NCBI GenBank assembly: GCA_034422655.1
Contig: DAOUJN010000039.1
Location: 16,937-80,936 of the forward strand
Direction: 5' to 3'
Source: Dehalococcoidia bacterium
Lineage (GTDB): Bacteria; Chloroflexota; Dehalococcoidia; Lucifugimonadales; UBA3495
DNA length: 64,000 nucleotides
Part shown: piece after piece, positions 35,833 through 45,424 of the stretch
Layout: the number at the start of each line of letters is the position of its first letter
Position numbering within the stretch: the stretch's first letter is position 1
Notes under the pieces: generated by a model
Told to the model about the DNA's origin: nothing
Seen by the model: the letters and a program-made list of their open reading frames with translations, nothing else
Database searches by the model: none
Translations under genes and position numbers: made by a program

Positions 35833-36294
35833 TTACTCTCCCCTGGCGGCAGACTCCAGTGCTGCCAGGTCTATCCTCTCCATCCGCAACAGCGCGTCCA
35901 TCACCCGCTCCGGGTTGGCTTCCAGCAATGCCCCCAACTGAACGGGTACTATCTGCCACGACACCCCGAACCTGTCCCGCAGCCAGCCGCACTGCTCTTC
36001 GCCCCCTCCCGCCGACAGCCCTTCCCAGAAGTGGTCAATCTCCTCCTGGCTCTCGCAGTTGACCACGAAGGATATGGCCGGGGAGAACTGGTACAACGGT
36101 CCGCCGTCCAGCGCCGTGAACTCCTGCCCCGCCAGGACAAAGGACACGAGAGCGGCCCCCGTTGCGGGTCCACTCTCCAGCGGCGAACTGCTGACAATCC
36201 GCGACTCAGGGAACAGGGAGACGTACATTTCCGCCGCCGCCTGCGCCTGCCCGTCAAACCAGAGGAATGGTGTGATCTTCTGAACCTCTGCCAT
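35833..36294 (-). CDS. VOC-family protein (PhnB / 3-demethylubiquinone methyltransferase-like domain)
   Basis: ITPFLWFDGQAQAAAEMYVSLF...CGWLRDRFGVSWQIVP is typical of the PhnB-like VOC family. Confidence 0.85.
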   Translation of the reverse strand: MAEVQKITPFLWFDGQAQAAAEMYVSLFPESRIVSSSPLESGPATGAALVSFVLAGQEFTALDGGPLYQFSPAISFVVNCESQEEIDHFWEGLSAGGGEEQCGWLRDRFGVSWQIVPVQLGALLEANPERVMDALLRMERIDLAALESAARGE

Positions 36295-36299
36295 GGCGT

Positions 36300-36422
36300 C
36301 TAACCCTCACCCTCCTTAAGTTCATCAGGCATCCGGTCTTCGTCTATTGCCAGCGCCTCCCATATATGGCCGTCCAGGTCCGCCACCGGCAGGTTCAAGT
36401 AAATCTCGCGGTCTTTGCTCAT
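36300..36422 (-). pseudogene. 40-codon ORF resembling an internally deleted VOC/glyoxalase gene
   Basis: My own translation: MSKDREIYLNLPVADLDGHIWEALAIDEDRMPDELKEGEG. AGGAGG RBS 7 nt upstream, and the stop is 5 nt before the next gene. A VOC-like first strand is joined to the DGHxWE end motif. Confidence 0.3.
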
Positions 36423-36582
36423 AATTGGACCTCCTGGTGGATGCCTGGAATATAACCTGCCGGCTGTTTGGTGTCTATGCTGAGCCGTAGGGGGGTGCGA
36501 GACAGGCCTTTTGCGTAACCCTTCCAGCAGCCTTACAATGCGGTCGCAAGTTGACCTGCCGTTTGCACTCAGGAGGAATCAC

Positions 36583-38190
36583 ATGGCAAATGCCGCGGAA
36601 GCCAAAGCGACGGCCCTGGCCTGGATCGATGACCACCGGCAGTGGCTGTCCGATTTTCACCAGGAAATCTGGGGCTACGCCGAGCCGGCCTACCGGGAGT
36701 ACCTGTCGGCGGCAGCCTACGTGGAATTGCTGCGGCAGCATGGCTTCACCGTGGAGGAAGGGTCAGGGGACATGCCCACCGCCTTTTCGGCCGTCTGGGG
36801 ACAGGGAAGCCCCGTGCTGGCCACCTTCGCCGAATACGATGCCGTGCCGGGCAATTCCCAGCAGGCCGTCCCCTACCTGGCTCCCCGGGAAGGGCTGCAC
36901 CCCTGGGCGGCGGGGCATACGGACCCCCACTCGTCGCTGGGCGTGGCGGCGCTGGCGGGGATACTGGGAGCCAAGGCGGCCATGGAGGCCCACGGTCTCC
37001 CCGGCGCCCTGCGCATCTTCGGCGAACCGGCGGAGAAAATATGCGGGTCCAAGCCGGTTCACGCCGCCAAGGGTTACTATGACGACCTGGACGCCGCCGT
37101 GGTCTATCACCCTCATACCACCAACACCGTGGCGTGGGAGACCCAATGCGGTTCCTACTGGAGCGTCGTCTTCACCTTTGAGTGCCTGGAACCTGAGAGG
37201 TGGATGGACGCCAGCCTGCTGGCGGCGCCGGACCGACCCCATACCGTGGCGCGCTGCCCCGGGGCGCTGGACGCGGTGTGCCTGATGTATACCAACACCA
37301 AGTACACCAAGGAGGCCATGTTCCCGCATACGGGTACGTGGACTCTTAACGAATACATAATGGCCGGCGGCCAGTGCACCTCGGACAACCTGCCGCCGCG
37401 CATAGGCCAGATTCAATACGCCTGGCGGTCGCCGACCCTGGATATACAGGAACGCATCTACCAGGTGCTGGAACGCAATGCCCGCCACGCCGCCGAAGTT
37501 ACGGGTTGCGTGGTGACGCCCCGATGGGTGACCAAGACCCGGGTAGGACTGCCCAACCTGGCATTGGCCGATTTGACCTACCGAAACCTGGAACAGGTGG
37601 GGCCGCCGGCAATGAACGACAAGGCTCGGGGCTTCGCCTGCGCCATCCAGGAAAACCTGGGGCTGAGTCCCATGGACGAGCCCTTTACCGATGACAACCT
37701 GCGCCTGCAAACGCCGCAGGACTACGAAGCGGCCCAGCAGAGGAGCCTGCCACCGTGGCAGCACAACTTCACATCGGACGACTACGTGGAATACACCTGG
37801 CACGCTCCCACCGCCCGCCTGCACACGTCGCGGCCCCGGCTGCGGGCACCAGGACCCGGTTACTCCTACCCCATGTGGACGCTCAATGCCATGGGCGGAG
37901 TGCGGGACTGCATTGACCCAGGAATGTTCGTGGCGGGAAAGACCATCGCCGCCACATTGACCGACCTGCTTACCAGTCCCGAGGAGTTGCGGAAGGCCCA
38001 GGCCGAGTTTCGGGAGCGGAGCGGGGGCGGTGTTGGCGGGGACAAGTGGGTTGCCCCGCTGCTGCCGCCCGATTTCTCTCCCCCCGTGGACCTGCGCTGG
38101 CCCGAGTACGTGGAGACGGCGCGGGGCCGGGAATGGTGGATTCCCACGCCCACCCCGGAAGTCCCTTTCCCTTCGACCGGGGTAGGTTAG
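36583..38190 (+). CDS. M20-family amidohydrolase/peptidase (AbgB-like)
   Basis: The N-terminus WIDDHRQWLSDFHQEIWGYAEPAYREY...TAF resembles aminobenzoyl-glutamate utilization protein B. AGGAGG RBS before the ATG at 36583. Confidence 0.8.
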   Translation: MANAAEAKATALAWIDDHRQWLSDFHQEIWGYAEPAYREYLSAAAYVELLRQHGFTVEEGSGDMPTAFSAVWGQGSPVLATFAEYDAVPGNSQQAVPYLAPREGLHPWAAGHTDPHSSLGVAALAGILGAKAAMEAHGLPGALRIFGEPAEKICGSKPVHAAKGYYDDLDAAVVYHPHTTNTVAWETQCGSYWSVVFTFECLEPERWMDASLLAAPDRPHTVARCPGALDAVCLMYTNTKYTKEAMFPHTGTWTLNEYIMAGGQCTSDNLPPRIGQIQYAWRSPTLDIQERIYQVLERNARHAAEVTGCVVTPRWVTKTRVGLPNLALADLTYRNLEQVGPPAMNDKARGFACAIQENLGLSPMDEPFTDDNLRLQTPQDYEAAQQRSLPPWQHNFTSDDYVEYTWHAPTARLHTSRPRLRAPGPGYSYPMWTLNAMGGVRDCIDPGMFVAGKTIAATLTDLLTSPEELRKAQAEFRERSGGGVGGDKWVAPLLPPDFSPPVDLRWPEYVETARGREWWIPTPTPEVPFPSTGVG

Positions 38191-38381
38191 AGCCTGTCCT
38201 GAGCGCAGCCGAGGGGGTGAGGATGACTACCAACTCCCCCTATCGCCTCTGGAGTCGGGCCGGGAGTGAGGCCCACCCAAACTCGTCCAAAGTCGCCCCT
38301 ACATAGCATGGCAGTTACCTGGCTGGCCCTGCAACAATATTGTTCCCAAATTTACATACACGAGGACTGGGAGGTGCGGTA

Positions 38382-38810
38382 ATGCTGGGGACGGTTATCA
38401 AGGTTGTATTGTTGTCTTTGTGGCTGCCGCTAATGGTGCTGGCAGTCTCGGCGATCAGGTTTGGCCTGGGTTCGGTGGAAGATGTGCCCCGCGACCAGTT
38501 GGTTGGCCTGTTCGGTGTCGCCTGGCCGGCGGCCATCCCCTTAACCCTGGCCCTAGTGCTGCTGGCCCGCAGTTCCACCTCCGTGGCGTGGGTCATGGGC
38601 CTGATTCTGGTTGCGCTGACCGTGCCGGCCGTCATCGCCGCCGGGCTGCTTGGAACCTCCGGTATTCTCGGTACTGGCATAGTCCTGTCCCTGCCAGCCT
38701 GGATTGCCCTGCTAGTGGTTCGGCTGAAGAAAGGCGGCGGCAAGGGCAAGGGCAAGAGCGCGGCCAAAAAACCGGCAGCCAGCGCCTCCGCCCGCCCATC
38801 CCGCGCCTGA
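38382..38810 (+). CDS. small membrane protein with Lys/Gly-rich C-terminal tail
   Basis: Four hydrophobic segments, then KKGGGKGKGKSAAKK. GGAGG RBS before the ATG at 38382. Confidence 0.5.
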   Translation: MLGTVIKVVLLSLWLPLMVLAVSAIRFGLGSVEDVPRDQLVGLFGVAWPAAIPLTLALVLLARSSTSVAWVMGLILVALTVPAVIAAGLLGTSGILGTGIVLSLPAWIALLVVRLKKGGGKGKGKSAAKKPAASASARPSRA

Positions 38811-38908
38811 CCCGGAAATCACAAAGAGGAAAGAAACGGAGTTTCACGGAACATCTTCGTGAAACTCCACTTCCTCTGCCCCTCTGGTGCAAAAGGGCTT
38901 AATACAGC

Positions 38909-40024
38909 CTACCGGAACTCCGCCGCCGCAGGAAAGAGGGACAACAACGGAGACACCGTAGCTATGGAGTCGCGGTCAATGCTCTCCACTGTTGTCTTGC
39001 CGCACATGCCCATGGTCGCTTCAAGTTCATCCCGCAGCATGTCCAGCACTGACTTGACGCCTTCCTCGCCATCCACGGCCAGGCCCCAGAAGAGGGGACG
39101 GCCAATGAGGACGGCCCGCGCGCCCAAAGCCAGGGCCTTGAACACGTCCGAACCGCGCCGGATGCCGCCGTCCATGTAGACTTCTATCCCGCTATTGACC
39201 GCGTCCACCACCTCGGGAAGCACTTCGATGGTGGCAAAGGTGGTGTCGAGGTAACGGGTGCCGTGGTTGGACACGATCACCGCCTTTGCCCCGTGCTCTG
39301 CGGACTGGTAGCCATCCTCGGCGACCATGATGCCCTTAACCACCAGGGGAAGCCGGGTATTGGACGCCAGCCAGTCCAGGTCGTCGTAGGTGGCGGCGGG
39401 GTCGCGGATATCGTTGGCGCCGGAAGGAGCGTCCAGACCGAAGCTCCAGGTGCTGCCGCCCACGTTCAGCGCCGGATCGTAGTTGGGGGAAGCCGGCCCC
39501 TGGTAGTTGTTGCGGATGTTGCGTTCCCGCTTGGGCTTCACCTTGGCGTCCACCGTCAGGCACAGGGCCGAGTAGCCGGCCTCTTCGGCCCGCCGGGCCA
39601 TTTCCAGGGTAAGGCCCCGGTCTTTGAAGAAGTACTGTTGATACCAGATGGGCCCGGTGGCGGCTTCCGCCACCTGTTCCAGGGTCCGGGAGGCCTGGGC
39701 GCTCAACACCATGACGGTTCCCGCGGCGCCGGCGGCACGAGCGGTGGCCAACTCTGCCTCCGGGTGGGCGGCGCTGTGGTTGCCTGCCGGGTCGAGCATT
39801 ACCGGGAAGCTGATTTCCTGCCCCAGAACGGTGGTGGTCATGTCCCGATCGCTGATGTCCACCAGCATCCTGGGTTTCATAACAATGGAGTCGAGAACGG
39901 CGCGGGTGCGGCGCAGGGTAATTTCGTCGGTGGCCGCGCCGGCAATGAAATCGTACTCTCCCTGGCCCAACCTGCCCCTGGCTATTTCCTCGTATTCGTA
40001 AATGTTGACCGGCTTTGCATCCAT
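38909..40024 (-). CDS. FMN-dependent alpha-hydroxy-acid oxidase/dehydrogenase (glycolate/L-lactate oxidase-like)
   Basis: NIYEYEEIARGRL N-terminus, VSNHG and GGIRRGSDVFKALALGA motifs. Start set at MDAKPV. Confidence 0.9.
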   Translation of the reverse strand: MDAKPVNIYEYEEIARGRLGQGEYDFIAGAATDEITLRRTRAVLDSIVMKPRMLVDISDRDMTTTVLGQEISFPVMLDPAGNHSAAHPEAELATARAAGAAGTVMVLSAQASRTLEQVAEAATGPIWYQQYFFKDRGLTLEMARRAEEAGYSALCLTVDAKVKPKRERNIRNNYQGPASPNYDPALNVGGSTWSFGLDAPSGANDIRDPAATYDDLDWLASNTRLPLVVKGIMVAEDGYQSAEHGAKAVIVSNHGTRYLDTTFATIEVLPEVVDAVNSGIEVYMDGGIRRGSDVFKALALGARAVLIGRPLFWGLAVDGEEGVKSVLDMLRDELEATMGMCGKTTVESIDRDSIATVSPLLSLFPAAAEFR

Positions 40025-40137
40025 ATCATTGTCTCCCGATTTCGATTGGCGGAACTGTGGGGTAATACTATTACACACCGTCGCAATTAAACAAGGACGG
40101 CGCTGAGAGGGCACGAAGTTGGGATTTCTTGAATAAT

Positions 40138-40156
40138 CGTTCCATTTCGTTCCATT
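40138..40156 (-). repeat. tandem AATGGAACG units (reverse strand)
   Basis: The reverse complement AATGGAACGAAATGGAACG matches 32872-32890. It lies 114 nt upstream of the 40024 start, in the same orientation. Confidence 0.7.
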
Positions 40157-40394
40157 ATTGGGTTCTTCGGGGCCAAAGTCATGCCCTTATTTGGCGGCAT
40201 TGCATGTGATAAACACGACCTGGAGCGTCGGGCGGGTTCCGGTCTCGACCGGGCCGGCTGAAGCGCTGTGGCTTGTTTGCCAGGCGTTCGTTGCTGCCTG
40301 TTGCGGATTTCGTGAGGTCAACAACGCCAGTGAAAATATTGGTTTACTATCATCATCAGTAATGAAGATAATCTTAGTGAAATGACGCACAATG

Positions 40395-40423
40395 TTGACT
40401 AATGCCGCAAACTGTGAATAAAT
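40395..40423 (+). promoter_or_regulatory. candidate promoter (TTGACT-N17-ATAAAT)
   Basis: Read directly in the AT-rich region upstream of 40499. Confidence 0.4.
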
Positions 40424-40498
40424 GCGTCAAACAGGAGGAGAGTGAAGGGGAAATAATTCCCTTTCAGGTTGCTTAATATCACTCTAGCGGAGGGTATT

Positions 40499-40867
40499 AT
40501 GGTGACACAAACGAAACCGAAAGCCCTGCTAATCGGAAACTATCGGGGCAGGGCCGGCATAGTCCAGGCGCTGCGCGGTTCGGCATTCGACATACTCGAA
40601 GCCACCGAAGGCCGCCGGGGCATCAAGCACGTTCTGGAGGACTCACCCAGCGTGGTAATCATCAGCGGTTCAACCGGAGATGCCAGCCACCTGAACCTGC
40701 TTCGCGCCATTCGCTGCCTTACCTCGGTGCCCATTCTCGTCATCGGCTCGGGCCGGGAAACCTGCGCCAATGAATTCCTCTTCCACGGGGCCAGCGGCTT
40801 TGTGCCCTATTGTCGCCGCTTCGAAATGACCCCCGTCTACATAAACACCCTTTTGAGCCGAAACTAA
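40499..40867 (+). CDS. CheY-like receiver-fold protein, probably a pseudo-receiver
   Basis: Alternating beta/alpha pattern (KALLIGN...DILEA...VVIISG...PILVIGSG). I see no obvious phospho-acceptor Asp where DLVLLD would be. Confidence 0.55.
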   Translation: MVTQTKPKALLIGNYRGRAGIVQALRGSAFDILEATEGRRGIKHVLEDSPSVVIISGSTGDASHLNLLRAIRCLTSVPILVIGSGRETCANEFLFHGASGFVPYCRRFEMTPVYINTLLSRN

Positions 40868-40995
40868 ACGTTCCCAGGGCCAGACCGGCTATGAGCTTTG
40901 CCCCAAACGGGCTTCGCTCATTTCCTCCGGTTGCCCTGTGGATGGCTGTTATCGTGAACATGCTGGCGCCAACCTTTCCCAAGAGGAGGACTTAA

Positions 40996-41412
40996 ATGGA
41001 ACTGAAGATAGACAGCCGAAACTTTAACCTGGGGAGGCGGTTAGATTCCCTGGTTACCCGGAAAATGGAGCAGTCGCTGCGGCGCCTGCCGGCGGTTGAC
41101 GATGCCCGGGTGGAAATCATCCACGAACCAACCCGGGGTCGCCAGGAGCGTTACCTGGCCAAGCTGTCGTTCAACATCAGGGGTACCGTAATCCGGGCGG
41201 AACGCCGCGGCCCTTCGGCCCTGGCTGCGGTCCACAGCGCCGCGGGTTCCCTGGACAAGCTGGCAGCGCGTTTCAAGGGCCAGGTCTATCGCAGCCAGCG
41301 GACCCGCGACCACGTTTCCATAGGGCACCTGCAGGCAGACGAGGCTTTTGAACTGGACCGGGAGCTAGCGCGGGACCTTCTGCCTGAAGATGAAACCGCC
41401 CTGACCATTTAG
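40996..41412 (+). CDS. hpf: ribosome hibernation promoting factor (HPF/RaiA family)
   Basis: MELKIDSRNFNLGRRLDSLVTRKMEQSLRRL...AAVHSAAGSLDKL is typical of the sigma-54 modulation/HPF family. AGGAGG RBS. Confidence 0.85.
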   Translation: MELKIDSRNFNLGRRLDSLVTRKMEQSLRRLPAVDDARVEIIHEPTRGRQERYLAKLSFNIRGTVIRAERRGPSALAAVHSAAGSLDKLAARFKGQVYRSQRTRDHVSIGHLQADEAFELDRELARDLLPEDETALTI

Positions 41413-41554
41413 GTGACTACCGTTTAACATACAGGACGCCCAGTGTTGAAGGCAGGAAATTGCCAGGTCTGCGGCCGGCAAGGACAGGTAAGTGAGAATA
41501 TCGGCCCGCGTTGCCAGCATGGCGGCGGCGGGTACAGCGCTCAAAGGAGGGCTC

Positions 41555-42508
41555 ATGTATCAGAAGGTGTTGATTCCCCTGGACGGGTCGAAGGAAGCGG
41601 AAGAGGTGTTTCCCCTGGTGCAGAACGAACTCAACGAGGACGGGGAAGTAATCCTGGTGCAGGTTATTCCGCCGGCGCGTACCCAGAAGATTGGCGAGCA
41701 TATTATCCTGGCCAGCCAGCAGGAAGAGGCTGACCGGTCGGAGGCCATGGCCTACCTGAGATCGCTCGTGCGGCAGCAGGACTGGTCCGCCGACAACTGG
41801 AGGCTGCAGGTTGAAGTAGCGAATTCGGTGGCGGACGGAATAGTCCGGTTGGCCGACCGGGAGGCGGTTGACCTTATCGCCATGTACACTCACGACAGGA
41901 AACTTCTCGCCCGCCACGTAAAGCGTAGCATCGCGAGGGAGGTGCAACGCCGGGCATCGACGGAAGTTCGGGTGTTCGGCACCCGGGAGCTCCAGGAACT
42001 GGCTGCAGAAGCCACGGCAACGCCCAGCGAATTCCATGACGACGACAACCGGGTATTCAGGCAGATAGACGCGTTCGGAGACCTTTCGCCCGAGCAAATC
42101 GAAAAGGTGGTTGCCCTGGGGTCGCGGCGCAACGTGGAGGCCGGTGAGTTGCTGGGGACCGGCGGCGAACTGGGCGAGTTCATGTTTGTAATCCTGGAAG
42201 GGGAAGCCCATTTGACCACACATTCCGAGATTGGAGAAATCTCGGTAAGAATCGCCCGCCCCGGAGAGGCTTTCCCCCTGGCCGCCCTGCTGGGGTCCGG
42301 CACCTTGATAACTTCGGGGGAAGCGCTGACCGAAATGGAGGTGCTGGCTATTCCCAGGTCCGAACTGCTGATGCTCTGTTCGCGGGAACCGGAGATCGGG
42401 ATGAGGATTTACGCGTCGGTAGGCCGGCTGTTCTCCAACCGCTACGCCGAGACCCTGACCCATCTGACCATCAGCGCGGCGCGGGAACTGGAGCGGGGAG
42501 ATTCCTAG
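41555..42508 (+). CDS. universal stress protein (UspA) domain fused to a cyclic-nucleotide-binding domain
   Basis: MYQKVLIPLDGS...VDLIAMYTHD USP pattern, then FMFVILEGEA...RIARPGEAFPLAALLG cNMP-binding pattern. AAAGGAGG RBS. Confidence 0.85.
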   Translation: MYQKVLIPLDGSKEAEEVFPLVQNELNEDGEVILVQVIPPARTQKIGEHIILASQQEEADRSEAMAYLRSLVRQQDWSADNWRLQVEVANSVADGIVRLADREAVDLIAMYTHDRKLLARHVKRSIAREVQRRASTEVRVFGTRELQELAAEATATPSEFHDDDNRVFRQIDAFGDLSPEQIEKVVALGSRRNVEAGELLGTGGELGEFMFVILEGEAHLTTHSEIGEISVRIARPGEAFPLAALLGSGTLITSGEALTEMEVLAIPRSELLMLCSREPEIGMRIYASVGRLFSNRYAETLTHLTISAARELERGDS

Positions 42509-42606
42509 CCTAATTTTGGGGCGTTCCGGTGATATACTGTGGAACGGCCCGGCGGGAAGTGGGCGACAGGCCTGGCCCGCACGGCAAATATCACTTGTGA
42601 GAGACT

Positions 42607-42849
42607 TTGGGGGCGAAAACCTTGAGTGTGCATGCTTATATATTGTTGAATCTGGAACCGGCCAAGACCCAGTCGGCCATTGAGCGGCTGAAGAATTTAC
42701 CAGGCACTGCGGTGCAGGAGGTACTGGGCCCGTACGACGCGGTAATGGAGATCGAAGCCGACACGCAGGAGGACGTTACCGGAATGCTGCGCAATCGCAT
42801 CCGGCCGGTGGACGGGGTGACCAACACCGTTACCTGCATTTGGCTGTAG
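42607..42849 (+). CDS. stand-alone Lrp/AsnC-type ligand-binding (RAM) domain protein
   Basis: VHAYILLNLEPAKTQSAIERLKNLPGTAVQEVLGPYDAVMEIEADTQEDV. The start is uncertain: the choices are TTG at 42607 and downstream TTG/GTG codons. Confidence 0.6.
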   Translation: MGAKTLSVHAYILLNLEPAKTQSAIERLKNLPGTAVQEVLGPYDAVMEIEADTQEDVTGMLRNRIRPVDGVTNTVTCIWL

Positions 42850-42933
42850 CCCGCGACGGGAAGGCGGCAGGGTTAATTTTGCGGTCGAGGCGGCCTTCCC
42901 CTTGGGTCCAGATGTTTCCGAGGAGCTAGCTCA

Positions 42934-43257
42934 ATGTACGTGAGGATGGTTTGGGGGCACCTGCGTCCCGGCAGTTGGGAAGAGTACGATAAGTATTACC
43001 GCGAGAAGGTTTTCCCACTGAACGACAAGGTTGAAGGACTGGTAAGCCGGTCCGTCCTGCGGGGCATAGACGGTGAAGATGAGGCGGTCTCGCTCAGCGT
43101 CTGGGACACACAGGAGGACCTGGCGGCCTACGAGGCAAGCAACCTGCGCAAGCAGTTCGCGGATGACATCCAGAGGAACTATGCCACAAGCTGGAGCTAC
43201 ATTACCGGCGAGTACTGGGTGAGAACATTCGAGGTGGTAAACGTGACCAGGACGTAG
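42934..43257 (+). CDS. ABM (antibiotic biosynthesis monooxygenase)-like small protein
   Basis: 107 aa with the dimeric alpha+beta barrel pattern (MYVRMVWGHL...SLSVWDTQEDLAAYE). Confidence 0.6.
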   Translation: MYVRMVWGHLRPGSWEEYDKYYREKVFPLNDKVEGLVSRSVLRGIDGEDEAVSLSVWDTQEDLAAYEASNLRKQFADDIQRNYATSWSYITGEYWVRTFEVVNVTRT

Positions 43258-43290
43258 AGCGTCCTTATTTCACTTCGATAAACCCTTCCA

Positions 43291-43322
43291 GGCCCCGCGC
43301 AGATGGCGCGGGGCCTTTTTCT
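43291..43322 (+). terminator. rho-independent terminator
   Basis: GGCCCCGCGC-AGATG-GCGCGGGGCC followed by TTTTTCTT. Confidence 0.7.
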
Positions 43323-43600
43323 TGCGTGGCGCTGCACCAGAACGCAAGGTGATGTGGTGGCTCGGGTTACCCTGGCGCTCCAGAGCATAGTTAAATCCGC
43401 CGTCCCCTTTAGTAAATCGTACGGAATGAAAACTAGATACTACGAAATACGAAGCAATGATTTGATACTGCGCATATTCGAGAGTATGACCGCCAATAAA
43501 ATGTCTCTAAAGCCTTCAATTGTGCTATTATTGCCCCATCTCAGACCAGGGGCCCGGAGGGCCGGCAAATTTTTAATCTTTTGGTTTCAGGAGGTTAAAC

Positions 43601-45424
43601 ATGGCGTATCGATGGTCTTATTTGCCCAAGTTTATGGTCCTGCCAGGTGTATTGGCCATTCTCTTCATGGTGGCCTGCGGCTCGGCGGCGCCGGAGACGG
43701 TAGAGGTAATCCGGGAAGTTCCGGTTGAAAGAGAGGTAATCCGGGAAGTCGAGGTTGAGGTGCCCGTCGACCGGGAAGTAATCAGGGAAGTGCCCGTCGA
43801 GAAAACCGTGGTTGAAGAAAGGGTAAAGGAGGTCCAGGTGGACAAAATCCTGGTAGCCACGCCGACGCCGGCGCCGGCGCCGGAGGCTGCGGTGCAGTCG
43901 GAAGGCCACCTGCGCATAACCTATACCTCTATGGGGAGTGACGGCATATACCCCAAGGCCAGTAACGTTAACGCCGGCGGCAAGGACGTCAACTCGTCCA
44001 TGTACGACGTGGTGATTGGCTCCGATGCCCAGGGCGCGTTCAGCAAGGAGACCGGCCTGGCTAACGACTGGTCGGTATCTCCCGACGGAAAGGTGCACAC
44101 TGTCCACCTGCGACAGGGAGTGATGTTCCACAACAACACGGAGGTGACTTCCGAGGACGTAATATTCAGCGCACTGGAGGTCATGGAGGAAGACGCTCAG
44201 AATGCCTTTATCAATGAATTGACTCCCTTGTGGGAGAACTACGAGACTCCCGATGCCTATACGTGGGTGATCAATTGCCACACTCCGTGCCTGTATGCCC
44301 CGTGGATTTTCTCCGGAGTGCGCGGCACCGAAGGGATGATTGTTCCCAAGGCCCACTACGAGGCGATTGGCGAGGAAGAGTTTGCCAAGTCTCCCATCGG
44401 CAGTGGCCCTTACCAGTTTGTGGACCAGGTTCTGGGCGCCTCGGTGGCGGTAGAGTCCATTAACCGGCCCCACTTCCGTGGCGGCGCTGGCGGCAGCATA
44501 CCCAAGTACGCCCAGATAACCTTCCTGGGTGTGTCTGAAGAGACCACCCGCATTGCAATGCTTAAGTCGGGCCAGACCGACGTAATTGACGTCAGCCGGG
44601 AGCGGATAGCCCCGCTGGCCGATGACGGCTTTAACATCTTCTACAAGGAACGCGCCTTGCTCTCGGGGATGTACTTCTTCCAGCAGTGGGAAGAGGACAA
44701 CCCCTTCGGGGACATCCGGGTGCGGGAGGCTTTGAACAAGGCCATCAACCGGGACGCCATCCTGGAGCATATCTTCCTGGGCCGGGGCAGCACCACGCTG
44801 TACCCCATGGGCAGCTATGCAGCCGCCAGCGGCTATGATCCTGACCAGAGCTCCTACCCTTATGACCCGGACCGGTCCCGGCAGTTGCTGGCGGAAGCCG
44901 GGTACACGGAGGACAACCCGCTGGAGATAAAGCTGGCGATCTACTCCTTTGGCGGCATAGCGGAGTTCCCGAGGATGATCGAGGCCGTGGGCGCCGATTT
45001 TGAAGCGGTGGGGGTAAACGTCAATTTCCAACCCACCGAATACGGTACCCTGAGGAGCATGCGCCGGGCATGGAGCCTGGGTGGTGGCTGGGTTGGTCCA
45101 TGGGGAACCCATAACCGGGCGGCGCCGGCAGAGATTCTGAGCATCGTCAAGGTGCTGAAGCACTCCGACGCGCCTTACACAACCTATAAGAACCCGGAGT
45201 TCGACGCCATCATGAACCAGGCCTTCGCTTCCACGGACCCTGAAGAAGTGAAGACACTCATCGGCCAGATGCAGCAGCATCTTCTAGCCAACTATGATGG
45301 CATTCCTCTCTTTGAGGTGGATTCCTCCTTTGCCGCCATCCCGGAAATCACCTATTGGAACACCGGGAAGGACTCCTACGACAACAATGTGGACAGCCTC
45401 TTCTTCCCCGAATTGAGGTGGTAG
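43601..45424 (+). CDS. ABC transporter substrate-binding lipoprotein, peptide/nickel (family 5) type
   Basis: Lipobox LFMVAC, a repetitive tether, then an SBP_bac_5-like body (GSGPYQFV, ...). Followed by two DppB/C-type permease genes. Confidence 0.9.
   Translation: MAYRWSYLPKFMVLPGVLAILFMVACGSAAPETVEVIREVPVEREVIREVEVEVPVDREVIREVPVEKTVVEERVKEVQVDKILVATPTPAPAPEAAVQSEGHLRITYTSMGSDGIYPKASNVNAGGKDVNSSMYDVVIGSDAQGAFSKETGLANDWSVSPDGKVHTVHLRQGVMFHNNTEVTSEDVIFSALEVMEEDAQNAFINELTPLWENYETPDAYTWVINCHTPCLYAPWIFSGVRGTEGMIVPKAHYEAIGEEEFAKSPIGSGPYQFVDQVLGASVAVESINRPHFRGGAGGSIPKYAQITFLGVSEETTRIAMLKSGQTDVIDVSRERIAPLADDGFNIFYKERALLSGMYFFQQWEEDNPFGDIRVREALNKAINRDAILEHIFLGRGSTTLYPMGSYAAASGYDPDQSSYPYDPDRSRQLLAEAGYTEDNPLEIKLAIYSFGGIAEFPRMIEAVGADFEAVGVNVNFQPTEYGTLRSMRRAWSLGGGWVGPWGTHNRAAPAEILSIVKVLKHSDAPYTTYKNPEFDAIMNQAFASTDPEEVKTLIGQMQQHLLANYDGIPLFEVDSSFAAIPEITYWNTGKDSYDNNVDSLFFPELRW

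Noticed and set aside
43595-45280. 561-aa minus-strand ORF
   Set aside because: It is antisense to the substrate-binding protein gene, which has a lipobox and SBP_bac_5 features. No motifs of its own.
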